Part shown: positions 9,821 through 19,983 of the stretch, one piece after another
Layout: the number at the start of each line of letters is the position of its first letter
Position numbering within the stretch: the first letter of the stretch is position 1
From: a virus
Taxonomy: Duplodnaviria; Caudoviricetes
Virus record (IMG/VR): IMGVR_UViG_3300035208_003134
Span: 1 to 64,000 of that record
DNA: 64,000 bases
Direction: 5' to 3' (one strand)
Made by a program: the position numbers and the translations under genes
The notes under the pieces: generated by a model
Told to the model about the DNA's origin: nothing
The model's input: the letters and a program-made list of their open reading frames with translations, nothing else
Databases searched by the model: none

Positions 9821-10803
9821 TAGCGAGCTTATATTGGGTCCAAGGCGAAGACGGAGACGGAGCGCAGTACACGTTCTATCCTAAGCCGAGCGTACAGAGG
9901 AATTTCCCAGGTCAGAGGTTAGCCCAGTTTGAGATACCTGGGGTTGACGGAGCTATCTTGCAGCAAATGGGTACTTCTGTCCGCAGGATACAACTTGCCG
10001 GAGTGATTTTTGTCCGGCCGCCAAATTATGACAACCTTATGCAAGCCAAGGTTGATTTTGAAAATGGAATAGGCAGGAATGTAGGACAGTTACACATTGA
10101 GTCCTTGACCAGTCAATCCAATAGGCATCATTTTTACTATAAGTGCATACTTGAAGGTGACATTCAATGGGCTGAACAGACCAACCCACAAATTTTAGAC
10201 TATAAGGTTACTTTCTTATGTGTTGACCCGATTGAATACGAGTATTATGACTCAAGTTCCAGCTCAAGCTCTTATTCGTCATCGTCAAGTTCGTGCCGGA
10301 GCTCTTCATCATCCAGTAGTAGCTGCCGGAGTAGTTCTTCGTCCTGCTCAAGTTGCTCAAGTTCGTCCTCTTGCAGGAGCAGTTCTTCCAGCTCTAAGAG
10401 CTCCAGCTCAAGCTCCAGAAGCTCAAGTTCTTCCAGCTCTTCAAGCCGGAGTAGCTCATTAAGCAGTAGTTGTTCAAGCAGTAGCTGTTCCTCTTGCAGG
10501 AGTAGCTCATCAAGTTCGTCTTGCAGGAGCAGTTCTTCCAGCTCTTCGTCAAGCTGTAGGAGCTCAAGCTCAAGTAGCTCGTGCCGGTCAAGTTCGTCAA
10601 GTAGTTGCCGGAGCTCCAGCTCTTCAAGCAGTTGTAGGAGTAGCTCGTCAAGTTGCCGGAGCTCAAGCTCTTCGTCAAGTAGTTCTCGTAGCTCAAGCTC
10701 TTCAAGCTCAAGCAGGAGTAGTAGTTCATCCAGCAGTTCAAGTATGAGTAGTAGTTCTTCAAGTAGCAGTAACAGTTCTTCAAGCTCCAGTGCCGGAGCA
10801 TAA
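9817..10803 (+). CDS. distal tail (Dit-like) protein with about 180-aa poly-Ser/Cys/Arg tail
   Basis: EIPGVDGA..MG...RRIQL and FLCVDP pattern directly after the tape measure gene; Ser tract about 10252-10791. Confidence 0.6.
   Translation: MIASLYWVQGEDGDGAQYTFYPKPSVQRNFPGQRLAQFEIPGVDGAILQQMGTSVRRIQLAGVIFVRPPNYDNLMQAKVDFENGIGRNVGQLHIESLTSQSNRHHFYYKCILEGDIQWAEQTNPQILDYKVTFLCVDPIEYEYYDSSSSSSSYSSSSSSCRSSSSSSSSCRSSSSSCSSCSSSSSCRSSSSSSKSSSSSSRSSSSSSSSSRSSSLSSSCSSSSCSSCRSSSSSSSCRSSSSSSSSSCRSSSSSSSCRSSSSSSCRSSSSSSSCRSSSSSCRSSSSSSSSSRSSSSSSSSRSSSSSSSSSMSSSSSSSSNSSSSSSAGA
10252..10791 (+). repeat. poly-serine coding tract (SSSSSCRSSSS units)
   Basis: Mixed TCN and AGY codons, so low complexity is at the protein level rather than a DNA microsatellite. 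Confidence 0.9.
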
Positions 10804-10817
10804 GGAGGGTTAGCAAT

Positions 10818-11780
10818 ATGGGTGCTATGGTTGATGCAGATTTAAAATTATACATAGGTGCGACCGAGTATGGTACTTTAGGTCAGCCGATTACTTTTGT
10901 TAATGCTCTTGCTGGGGAAATAACTGCACACCCTCTAAACCCTTTTTACTTATGGAATGATAAGGGTGGCGTTCTAAATAGCGTTCCGGCTAAGGAAATA
11001 AATATAGAAATTGACGATATGTGGGTGCAGGACGAAGCTTTAGGTACGGGCGACGGCACTCCTAACCAAACATTCAATACCTTCTTGACTCCGGTGCTTA
11101 TAGATACGGACTCGCTTGCGGATTTAGTCTTAAAAGTAGCCGGTACTGCGTGGTCTAAGGTGAGTACTTTTTCAGGTCAAGCTGCGAACGCGCAGGTCTT
11201 TACTATAACTGCCGCAGGCTTGGTTACTTTCGGCGACGGCGTAAACGGGAAGCCTCCAGCAGTTGGTGAAGCCATCACCCTTACTTATGCTCCGGATTTG
11301 GCGGCCTACGGTAAGAGTATCTATGAGGGTCTATGGTTTGAGGTCTTGTCTATTGGCGTGACTACCAATGTGGTTACTGTTACTGATGAGCTTCAAAATG
11401 CACAGGGCACGACCTTAGTTACTACATCTAATATTAGGCTCAATTCAGTGACTGGAGTATGGCTTGCAGGCGACCCAGACCATACAGGTACAAACTATTA
11501 CACCGGTGGTTCTTATGATGTTAGCACTGGTGAGATAACTCTCGGAGTTGCGTTGCCTTACAGCGATGCGGCCGTGATTATCACTTATTCATACATCTCT
11601 ATTGACGACTTAGAAAGTACATATACAGCAATAGGCAAAGATACGCCTCACGAGTTCACCAACCCAATTCCGCAGAACAATGCGAAGTTACTCTACTTTA
11701 GGTTAAATGTACCAGCAGGTGCGACTCCGAGTGGCGGAAGTAACTTTGCCTTCAGGTTAAAGTTTTCGTACCTTCAGTAA
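10818..11780 (+). CDS. tail/baseplate-associated structural protein
   Basis: GTGDGTPNQTF and VTFGDGVNGKPP motifs resembling baseplate-protein beta domains; synteny. Confidence 0.55.
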   Translation: MGAMVDADLKLYIGATEYGTLGQPITFVNALAGEITAHPLNPFYLWNDKGGVLNSVPAKEINIEIDDMWVQDEALGTGDGTPNQTFNTFLTPVLIDTDSLADLVLKVAGTAWSKVSTFSGQAANAQVFTITAAGLVTFGDGVNGKPPAVGEAITLTYAPDLAAYGKSIYEGLWFEVLSIGVTTNVVTVTDELQNAQGTTLVTTSNIRLNSVTGVWLAGDPDHTGTNYYTGGSYDVSTGEITLGVALPYSDAAVIITYSYISIDDLESTYTAIGKDTPHEFTNPIPQNNAKLLYFRLNVPAGATPSGGSNFAFRLKFSYLQ

Positions 11781-11795
11781 TTAGGATTGTAAAAT

Positions 11796-14700
11796 ATGGC
11801 AACCTTAACAAATAACGGTTTTGAAACTTGGACTACGCCTGGCTCTCCTGGCGGTTGGAGTGGTTCTTTGCCAGGGTGGACGCCCTACTCTGAAAACGGC
11901 GGTACTATGTCGCAACAAGCTGCCGTAGCCGGTATGGGCGGTAGTTATTGTGCCAACATAAGGTCAAGTAGTGCTGCACCGGTGAATTCAATAGGTGGTT
12001 GTGTATCCGACTCCTTTGAATTAGATGCAGACTACGTCTATTTCCTACATTCAGACCAATCTACCTCGGTAGCAGTTATGTTTTATCTGTTGGATGCGGA
12101 CGACGGGGATAGCGTCTTGATGTCACAGGCTATTACCCCGACTACTTCCCTTGTCCGTGAAGCTATTGATGTCTCTGCTTACATCGGTTACAATGTAAAG
12201 GTAAAAGTTACGCAACACACGGCTTCAGCCGGTTCGGGGTATGCTACATATGTTGATTTCTTCATAGTTAGCAGTCTAAACCATTTTCCTCCCTTATTAA
12301 ATGCCACTTATGTAAAAGCAACGAGCACTGGGGGTACGCATTACCCATACGGAGCTACCGATGGTGACAGACCGCTAACTGGGGCTTGGGATGGCAATGA
12401 TTGGTTGGGTAGTGCTGATAATAGCCAGCGTTTCCACATAGATTTAGGTGCGGCGATAGCAATAAATAAAATATATTATGAGAATGACCACAACAGTGGG
12501 GGTTCTACAACTTTCGGTGCAAAAGAATTCACTTTTTGGGGTTCAAATTCGGCGGCCGCTTTTGCAGATACGGTCTATGCGCACGACACTGATTGGACGC
12601 AGTTAACCACAGATGTTTCACAGTTTGACCAACACGTTGCTTCAGATGTGGCTGACCCTAAATATGTAGCCGTAACCAACTCTACAGCTTACCGCTATTA
12701 CGCCGTTAAGATTGCTAACAACTGGGGTGGCGTTAACCAGATGGGTATAAGGCGCATAGTCTTGCAATCAGAGACTACTTCATCCAGCTCTTCAAGTTGC
12801 AGTTCATCTTCTTCAAGTTGCAGGAGCAGTTCAAGTAGTTCCAGTAGGAGCTCATCCTCAAGCAGTTCAAGTAGCCGGAGTAGCAGTAGCTCAAGCTCCA
12901 AAAGTTCAAGTTCTTCCAGCTCTTCAAGCCGGAGCAGTTCGTCATCAAGCTGTAGGAGCTCAAGCTCTTCATCCAGCTCTTCTCGCTCTTCCTCATCTTC
13001 TTCAAGCAGTAGTAGGAGTTCAAGCTCTTCATCCCTAAGCTTATCTTTATCCAGTTCTTCAAGCCAAAGTAGTTCGTCAAGTTCATCGTCGGCTTCCAGC
13101 TCTTCGTCTTCATTCTTTAGCTCTTCGTCAAGCTCCAGCTTAAGTACTTCATCCAGTAGCTCAAGTAGCCGTAGTTCCTCAAGCTCAAGCAGTAGCTCTA
13201 AAAGTAGTTCCTCGTCTTCAAGTAGCTCTAAGAGCTCAAGTTCCTCATCCAGTCGTTCTTCCAGTAGCTTGTCTTCAAGTAGCTCTTCGTCTTCAAGTAG
13301 CCGGAGTTCTTCATCATCCAGTAGTAGTTCTCGCAGTTCTTCAAGTAGCTCTCGGTCTTTCTCGTCCAGTAGCACAAGTATGTCCAGCTCTTCAAGTTCT
13401 TTAACGCCATATGTTAAGGACTTGTACTGCAATGCCGGAATTACCAAGGAAGATACAGTAAATTTTTATGGAAATGCTGAGATTGTGCAGAAAGCCCCAA
13501 CCATACCAACCGGACTGTTTGCTACCGATATGCAGAAGGGAGATTTGATAAGGTTAAGGTGGACTGACGACGAGAACTACGGGTACAATGTGTACCGGAC
13601 AGCACCGGGACCAAGAGTTAAACTAAATACTTATGTTATAACTGACAATCAGTACTATGTTGGAAACCTTACTTTATTGCAGCCTTATAGCTTTGTTGTT
13701 GTAGGTGTCAACGGTATTGACACGGAGAGTGGGGATAGCAATGTAGCCTCGGCTACTCCCACAATCATAGACTTTCAAGGTCAGAGGTATACTACTTATT
13801 CATTTTCAGTGAAGGTTAATGGGGTAGCCAGAGCGCAGACAATACTTGAGTCGGTTGAGCTCGGTTATGGCACTTCGCCATCCACAAGCAAGTTCTATAT
13901 CCCTGAAGACCCAATTACTGCTACAAACCTTCCAGAAATTGACGACGAGGTTGAAATTATAGTTAATGGAAGCTCCATATTCAAGGGCATAATTAAGAAC
14001 AAAGAGGATGTTATAAACATTAGAGAGAAGAAGGTTGCCTATATAGCATATAGCAAAGTAATCCTGCAGACCTACAACCCGACGACTTGGGCACAGATAC
14101 TGGCCGCTCAAGCTGATTATTACGGCTTAAACATTACCGACCAGAACCAACTCCAAGCCGAAGAGACGATTGCCAACTACATCGGTAATTATAGGCTTTA
14201 TTACAATATGCAGACTGATACGACCGAACGCTACGAGCTTGGTACTGGATATTGGAATAGGGGCATTGTTTTGGGTACGAACATTGTTGAATATGACATC
14301 ACCGAGAACAACCTAAACAAGATAACCAAGGTTACGGTAAGGGGAGACCGGAAGAGGACGCGCGTAGCTTGGCAGCCTATGTCTATGTACCGGCGCTTAT
14401 TAAGTTCTGTAGATTATCCAGGAATTACCATAACCTATTATTACAACCAAATTGATGCCTTTAACATTGGAAACATCAAGGTTGAGGCTTTTCAATCTGT
14501 TGGGCAGCCGGAGTTTGAGTTTGACCCTGAAGTGTCTATGGTCCCATCTGATTACGGTATGACTGCTTGGGAAGACGGGACAGTTGGTCCTAAGCAGAAG
14601 GTTGTAAAGTTTACCAACCCAGCGGCAGACTGGCGAGGCGCTGGAGCTCGCGTTGATTATGTATATGAGAAAGTAGGCGATAAGGATGTTCCAATTTCCG

Positions 14701-15395
14701 CATTAATAGAGTTGACTTCAAGCCCAAAGGTTTACGCAGCACGGACTTCAACCGGTCACGCAGTAAGGTTGGGTAGGAACGAGTCAGAGAATGTGGATTT
14801 GGGCTGGTGTCGGTATGCATTGCCTAACCTTGTAGGGGGCTCTGGATACAGAGTAAATTATGAATATGAAGATGAAGACCCGACCGAGGTAAGCGTCGGT
14901 AGCGGTACTCCTGCAATTACGATTACTGACACTCAATATAAAATTTTTGTCAACAATGCACCGGAGACCGGAGAGCTTACTACCGACAATACTGCGGAGG
15001 TCCTGGCTGCTATGACGGCAAGGGCTAACGGTGAACTTGCCAAGTTCAACTTGCCCGAATTAAGCGGCCGGATAAGGATTGTCGGAGACGAGACCTTTGA
15101 CCTGAAGACTCAAGTCCAAGTAAAAGGTCAAATGCTTGATGTCATCCGTGTGGTGCATAACTTTGTTGGTGGCTTTACTACCGAGCTTGAACTTACTAAT
15201 GAGAAATTTAGGGTTAATGTACCGCCATATCAAAACGTCCAGAAGACCGTCTATGACAAGAACCTCTTGTTACAGGCGATTTCCAGAATAGACAGGTTAG
15301 CGTTAGACTTGCAGGCTCGTATAAACACTACATATGTTGAACAAGACAAGAACCAAATAACTCTAACGAGCCCATTTGCACTCTATGGAGACTAA
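11796..15395 (+). CDS. tail tip/hub protein: CBM-like + discoidin (F5/8-type) + poly-Ser linker + FN3 + hub domain
   Basis: LTNNGFETW start; FHIDLG..GAKEFTFWGSN..AYRYY discoidin pattern; about 200-aa Ser tract; PTGL..LRW..GYNVYR..YSFVVVGVN FN3; C-terminal hub-like region. Confidence 0.65.
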   Translation: MATLTNNGFETWTTPGSPGGWSGSLPGWTPYSENGGTMSQQAAVAGMGGSYCANIRSSSAAPVNSIGGCVSDSFELDADYVYFLHSDQSTSVAVMFYLLDADDGDSVLMSQAITPTTSLVREAIDVSAYIGYNVKVKVTQHTASAGSGYATYVDFFIVSSLNHFPPLLNATYVKATSTGGTHYPYGATDGDRPLTGAWDGNDWLGSADNSQRFHIDLGAAIAINKIYYENDHNSGGSTTFGAKEFTFWGSNSAAAFADTVYAHDTDWTQLTTDVSQFDQHVASDVADPKYVAVTNSTAYRYYAVKIANNWGGVNQMGIRRIVLQSETTSSSSSSCSSSSSSCRSSSSSSSRSSSSSSSSSRSSSSSSSKSSSSSSSSSRSSSSSSCRSSSSSSSSSRSSSSSSSSSRSSSSSSLSLSLSSSSSQSSSSSSSSASSSSSSFFSSSSSSSLSTSSSSSSSRSSSSSSSSSKSSSSSSSSSKSSSSSSSRSSSSLSSSSSSSSSSRSSSSSSSSSRSSSSSSRSFSSSSTSMSSSSSSLTPYVKDLYCNAGITKEDTVNFYGNAEIVQKAPTIPTGLFATDMQKGDLIRLRWTDDENYGYNVYRTAPGPRVKLNTYVITDNQYYVGNLTLLQPYSFVVVGVNGIDTESGDSNVASATPTIIDFQGQRYTTYSFSVKVNGVARAQTILESVELGYGTSPSTSKFYIPEDPITATNLPEIDDEVEIIVNGSSIFKGIIKNKEDVINIREKKVAYIAYSKVILQTYNPTTWAQILAAQADYYGLNITDQNQLQAEETIANYIGNYRLYYNMQTDTTERYELGTGYWNRGIVLGTNIVEYDITENNLNKITKVTVRGDRKRTRVAWQPMSMYRRLLSSVDYPGITITYYYNQIDAFNIGNIKVEAFQSVGQPEFEFDPEVSMVPSDYGMTAWEDGTVGPKQKVVKFTNPAADWRGAGARVDYVYEKVGDKDVPISALIELTSSPKVYAARTSTGHAVRLGRNESENVDLGWCRYALPNLVGGSGYRVNYEYEDEDPTEVSVGSGTPAITITDTQYKIFVNNAPETGELTTDNTAEVLAAMTARANGELAKFNLPELSGRIRIVGDETFDLKTQVQVKGQMLDVIRVVHNFVGGFTTELELTNEKFRVNVPPYQNVQKTVYDKNLLLQAISRIDRLALDLQARINTTYVEQDKNQITLTSPFALYGD
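12779..13400 (+). repeat. poly-serine coding tract
   Basis: About 200 codons that are nearly all Ser with interspersed R/K/C/L; mixed codons. Confidence 0.9.
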
Positions 15396-16787
15396 ATGGC
15401 TAAGTGCCCGATTTGCTATACTGACCTCAACACCGGTACACCTATTGAAGTTACTGACGCCGGAAATATAGGCAGTTGGTCGGACGACCCTATCAAGACC
15501 CCCAACCACTTTGACCTTACCCTTAGGGGTACTCAAATCGTAAGAGATATCCACATAAAAGAATTGCAAGATGTTATAAACGACTACGAAGACCTATATA
15601 GCATTACGCGTACGACTTGGACGCCGATTTCAGCCTTAAGCTATATACCCAGACCCCAATATATCAATGAATTGCGCGAGGCTGTTGAAGCAATACTTGA
15701 TAGCCTTGACATAGACTTGGAGGACTGGTTGAGTAGGGATGAGAACGAAGAGCCTACTCTTGGCATAACAGATTGGCTTGATGGGCACAGGCTAACCAAG
15801 TCCATCCCTGTTAGGGGTATGCACATAGAGCAGTTGCGCAAACGAATTCACGCTTATTGGGAAGACTTTGAGCGGGGTGGCAGTGCTTCAGTTAGTGTCT
15901 CCCAACCAGGAAGCGGCGGCAGTGCTGCAGACAACTACGCTATTCAGAAGAGGCAGCTATGGGGTGGTACAGTAACGGTTGGGGTAGAATATTATAACCA
16001 CGGACTGTGGTGGTCAACAGCTTCTGCTATTTCAAGCATTGGTAATTCGGCTTATGGTTATGCCACAGCTTGTGCAAACGCCGGTAACGGGACTATGGGT
16101 GTGGCGAGTCCTTATCCGGCTGCGGCCTCCAGTAGTAGTGGTGTAGGAGCGGCAATTCCGGTTATAGGTTGGGTTACAGACTTTCCCTGCAATAAAAGAG
16201 TTTGGAACCCAATAACAGAAGTATATGATAATTATCATTTATTTGTTAAAGCCAACTGTTCTGTGAGTGTGGCTGCAAACAGCCACGTTGTTCAAGGGCA
16301 GGATGGATATATAAACCTTACTGCTCAAGGGATTGACCCTGCGGTTTGGGATGCAACACCAGTAATTCCAAATTGGATGCATACTGCTGCAGCTGAATGT
16401 GGCTTAGAGATTAATACTATACAGGGCGGTGGCGGCGGAGGTTACATAATACAATGGATACACGGAGTTTATTCTAACGGTGCTACCCCAACAGGAGGGA
16501 TACCTTACAACCTGAATAATTTTGATATTGATATCGCACAGACTATCATAGATACATACCACGTTGACCCTACAAATCAGTTTGTTACTGGGTTTAATTT
16601 TGGTTGCAATGCAGGAGGCACTGGGAATTCTTATGCAGTTCATAATGGTAAGGCAGTTCTCTTTGAGTTACCATATCCGTATATAAGTTGGTGGGGTGGT
16701 CCATATTATAACTCTGGCGGTAAAGGTACGGGAACGGCAGCTTTTTCATTAGATAATATTGACTTTTACTACAAATTAGTACCTTAA
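15396..16787 (+). CDS. putative tail fibre/receptor-binding protein
   Basis: N-terminal CPIC and three (H/Y)IxEL(R/Q)-type repeats; Gly/Ala/aromatic-rich C-terminal half. Confidence 0.5.
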   Translation: MAKCPICYTDLNTGTPIEVTDAGNIGSWSDDPIKTPNHFDLTLRGTQIVRDIHIKELQDVINDYEDLYSITRTTWTPISALSYIPRPQYINELREAVEAILDSLDIDLEDWLSRDENEEPTLGITDWLDGHRLTKSIPVRGMHIEQLRKRIHAYWEDFERGGSASVSVSQPGSGGSAADNYAIQKRQLWGGTVTVGVEYYNHGLWWSTASAISSIGNSAYGYATACANAGNGTMGVASPYPAAASSSSGVGAAIPVIGWVTDFPCNKRVWNPITEVYDNYHLFVKANCSVSVAANSHVVQGQDGYINLTAQGIDPAVWDATPVIPNWMHTAAAECGLEINTIQGGGGGGYIIQWIHGVYSNGATPTGGIPYNLNNFDIDIAQTIIDTYHVDPTNQFVTGFNFGCNAGGTGNSYAVHNGKAVLFELPYPYISWWGGPYYNSGGKGTGTAAFSLDNIDFYYKLVP

Positions 16788-16788
16788 T

Positions 16789-17127
16789 ATGGCATTGGAT
16801 AAAGTTATAAATGAGTTTAGAAGGCAACACGGCAGGGACGAAATAGCTGTGCACGGTTCATTTAACTGTGAGCAGCACTGTTGGGCTATGATTAATGCAA
16901 ATTGCGTGTACCACGCCGAGCCTTGTTACTTACGCGGTTGGTCTGAAGCTGTAGCGCGGTGCAGGTATATGGGTGATTGGGGGGCATTGGAGAGGTACTT
17001 AATCTTTGAAATTTTAGGTAAGAGTCAAGAGCATTGTGATATAATGCTTAACTCGCACGAACTTAATTATGGCATAGTTATGTATGGAAGTTGGGGGGAC
17101 GTTTACTTAACTTTGCGTGGACGCTAA
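16789..17127 (+). CDS. CAP/SCP-like domain protein
   Basis: INEFRRQHG..H..AM..H..EAVA..SQEHCDIML pattern. Confidence 0.55.
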   Translation: MALDKVINEFRRQHGRDEIAVHGSFNCEQHCWAMINANCVYHAEPCYLRGWSEAVARCRYMGDWGALERYLIFEILGKSQEHCDIMLNSHELNYGIVMYGSWGDVYLTLRGR

Positions 17128-17190
17128 CAAGGAGGTGAGCCGGACAAAAACAAAGGTAAAGGTTTTGAACTTAACTAAAAGGAGGAACAA

Positions 17191-17358
17191 ATGAACATAA
17201 AGTTAATCATTAAGATAGTAGCAATCGTTGTGGCCGCAGTCCTTGCATATATCTTCAAGGGCTTTGTCGGTGGCGTGTTGCTCGGTGGTGCAGGCGCGGT
17301 CGTATACTTTACATTGACCGGCAGTACCCTGAATTGGAAAATACCTAAGAAGAAGTAA
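17191..17358 (+). CDS. small 2-TM membrane protein (holin candidate; below the ORF track cutoff)
   Basis: AGGAGG RBS; MNIKLIIKIVAIVVAAVLAYIFKGFVGGVLLGGAGAVVYFTLTGSTLNWKIPKKK. Confidence 0.55.
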   Translation: MNIKLIIKIVAIVVAAVLAYIFKGFVGGVLLGGAGAVVYFTLTGSTLNWKIPKKK

Positions 17359-17370
17359 GGAGGAAGAAGT

Positions 17371-17997
17371 ATGAATAGAAGAGGTGTAGTAGAAACGTTG
17401 GTACTGCTGTACATTGTGGGGGCATTCCTTGCTGGTGTCCTGCTTTGGAAGCCTGCAACGACCTTGCTCGGCATCAGCAACACGCCGAGGAAGACCTCCC
17501 AATCCGTGATTAAGAAGGAAGAGAAAAAGCCAATCTTCTACTACACGGATGAAAAAGGCAAAAACTATATTGCCTATGCTTACAAGAACGAGTCGTCCAA
17601 TATCAACATAGATGAACAGCCAAAATTGACCTTGTGGCAGAAAATTCAAAACCTTGGTATCTGGGGAATAATTCTCGTGATACTTGGGTGCTTGTTTCCG
17701 CCAGTAGGGGCAGTCTTGATGTTTATTTGGAAAAGGGTAACTGGGGGCTTAAAGACCCAGATAGCCGATATTTCCCAAAAGCAAGAATGCCTGTCGGCTG
17801 ACGCTAAAAAAATAGTCCAAAGCGTAGATGACGGGTTGGCAATGCTTGATGTTGCTATTACGGCGAACAAAGATAACCCAGAAGTCTATAAGGCTATGGT
17901 AGAGCTGAAGCAGAAGTTTCTCACTGCTCTATCCAGCAAGCAAGATGCCACGACTAAGCTTTTGGTGGCACAGTTGAAACACGACGACGACCAGTAG
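17371..17997 (+). CDS. membrane protein with coiled-coil C-terminus (lysis-module candidate)
   Basis: N-terminal TM segment, a second hydrophobic segment, AGGAGG RBS. Confidence 0.55.
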   Translation: MNRRGVVETLVLLYIVGAFLAGVLLWKPATTLLGISNTPRKTSQSVIKKEEKKPIFYYTDEKGKNYIAYAYKNESSNINIDEQPKLTLWQKIQNLGIWGIILVILGCLFPPVGAVLMFIWKRVTGGLKTQIADISQKQECLSADAKKIVQSVDDGLAMLDVAITANKDNPEVYKAMVELKQKFLTALSSKQDATTKLLVAQLKHDDDQ

Positions 17998-18221
17998 CAA
18001 AGGCAGTCTCGCCCAAGGGTCGGGGGCTCTGGCTCTTGGGCGTTTCTGTCCGCGCGTGGTCCCGGTGCCGGCAGAGCGTTCTCCGGCAATATTAAAATAG
18101 CCATAGGGGGGTCTCCGGACGCAAGGACGACCCCTCGTCTGCCCTTCTCCGGTGCTCCGGAAGGTTACAGGAGGCGTTTGAGGGGTTTGGGGGCGTGGGG
18201 AAATGTAATCCACTTGCCTAC

Positions 18222-18250
18222 TTGACAGCTCTCAAGCCCTGTGGTAAAAT
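18222..18250 (+). promoter_or_regulatory. sigma70-type promoter
   Basis: TTGACA-N17-TAAAAT with TG extended -10. Confidence 0.75.
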
Positions 18251-18594
18251 ATTTTTGGTCGTTAAACCAGAGCTTAGCCTCATCAGCTAAGTGGAAGGTG
18301 GGTAGCAGGTTACAATAACCGAGATGCACGGATTGACCACCGGTAGCCCCACCATTGGCTTCTTAAACTTGGAAGACGCCGTCACCTCCTTAAGACGAGA
18401 CAACCGGCGTGGGTTTATTGGCTGATACCGCCGAGAGTGTGGAAAGAGCACTCCGGTCATAAAACAACCAACGAGTTGAGGAACAAATTGCTTTTTTCTT
18501 CTATTGAGAGATAGATGGTCTTTGGTCTTCTCTACCTTGGAAGCCAAATTAAAAGAATGAAACATTTAGATTTATAAAAGAAAGGAAGGAAAAG

Positions 18595-18789
18595 ATGGCT
18601 ATAACCAAGTTACGCACTGCAATGAACAAGGAGCACGATTGCTCCGAGTGTAAAGGTAAGATTGCTAAAGGGCAGAAATATTGGGATACCAACGACAAGT
18701 TAAACCCCCCAAAGCCTTTTCCAACGATTAAATATTGTCAAGCCTGCGGAGACAAAAAGAAGGCCGCAGACCCTGAACAGAAGAAATAA
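18595..18789 (+). CDS. small zinc-finger protein
   Basis: CSEC..I.KG..Y..YCQAC; AAGGA RBS. Confidence 0.6.
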   Translation: MAITKLRTAMNKEHDCSECKGKIAKGQKYWDTNDKLNPPKPFPTIKYCQACGDKKKAADPEQKK

Positions 18790-18807
18790 TATATAAATAA
18801 ATACAAA

Positions 18808-18850
18808 AGAGGCGTGCCGGTAAAAAATACTTGCACGCCTCTATTTGTTT
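18808..18850. terminator. bidirectional intrinsic terminator between convergent units
   Basis: AGAGGCGTGC..GCACGCCTCT 10-bp stem with an A-rich left flank and T-rich right flank. Confidence 0.75.
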
Positions 18851-19086
18851 TATGCACCCGTAATCAGCACGCCACGTTTCGCATATTTCTTAAACCACGC
18901 GGAATGTTTAGCCTTGGCAAATTGGAGTGCAGGTCTATCTTTCGTGCCGTCATAGCATACGAAATAATTATAGCCCTGCTTCCTTAACTTGCTGATGGCT
19001 CTTGAGCGGGCTGCTTTGGTTTTAAATTCAACTATATTCTTAGCTTTCACCTCTCTCACCTTCTTCGTCCTCTTCATCTCATTCAC
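18850..19086 (-). CDS. hypothetical basic protein
   Basis: GGAGG RBS; last gene of the minus-strand operon. Confidence 0.5.
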   Translation of the reverse strand: MNEMKRTKKVREVKAKNIVEFKTKAARSRAISKLRKQGYNYFVCYDGTKDRPALQFAKAKHSAWFKKYAKRGVLITGA

Positions 19087-19456
19087 CTCCCTTCAAAATT
19101 AACTTACCATAACAAACTTTCCAATCAAATTCATCCACAACCTTGACCGCGCTGACCGGCTCAAGCATCCAACCTACTTTTACCTTTTTAAGCCGGAAGA
19201 CCTTCTTACCACGCTCTAATGCCTCACTAACCTCGGTAAAGACCCCCTTTCCAATGTGCCTTTGGTACTCGGAACAAATTACCTGTGAACTCCTTTGTAC
19301 CCTATTTAAATAAGGGTCAATACTGCCCTGCTCACCTATGTCGCGGTTAGGGCAGCAGACCTTGCCAAAGGATTTCTCAAGGAAAGACCTTTCAGACTTC
19401 TCCCTTGGAGTGTCATAAATCAATTTACTATGAGCATAGTACACCGCTTTCTTCAT
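19079..19456 (-). CDS. hypothetical protein (nucleoside deoxyribosyltransferase/TIR-like Rossmann pattern)
   Basis: VYYAHS..CPN..IGKGVFTEVSEA pattern; start reassigned to MKKAVYY. Confidence 0.4.
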   Translation of the reverse strand: MKKAVYYAHSKLIYDTPREKSERSFLEKSFGKVCCPNRDIGEQGSIDPYLNRVQRSSQVICSEYQRHIGKGVFTEVSEALERGKKVFRLKKVKVGWMLEPVSAVKVVDEFDWKVCYGKLILKGGE

Positions 19457-19983
19457 TTTAATCTCCTTTAAAAAACCTGTGCAACTTCTGTTCACCTGAA
19501 AGTAACAGTTGGTTTGTATGCACGTGGCAGTACTTCCCACGGTTATAAATATTTAAGGTTACTTTACACCCTTTAAATTTACACTTTCTCCCTTTTTTTG
19601 AGGCTCTTACTACATCACCCACCGGCGTTAAGTTATGGGTAATATGTGTCATTTCAATACCTTTCTCCACAAGCCGAGCACTCATAATGACCCGTGCCGT
19701 CCCCGTGGTCTATCCAAATTATATCACCTTGTAAGCACGCGCTACACCTTGCCATATTTATTCTCCTTTAATATTTTGCCCCTACTTTTAATGGACACCA
19801 CGATGGAATTTTGTTAAGGTTGGGAATTGTGCGCTTAAAACAATTCATACCCCTCTTCTCACAAGTTTGGTCGTGGTCACAGCAGGGCTTTGCACCACCA
19901 ACCGTAAAAGCTCCGGTATGGCTCAAGTGCCTGCAATCTTTACAAGTTTTAATCTTAACTAAGACATCCATTATTTCTCCTTT

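Noticed and set aside
12698-13447. Minus-strand Leu/Glu-rich ORFs (also 10394..10855, 10220..10462, 12775..13113)
   Set aside because: Shadow frames of the poly-Ser codons.
17371-17450. Class III (pilin-like) signal peptide MNRRG|VVETL
   Set aside because: Glu is at +3 rather than +5; a simple signal anchor explains it.
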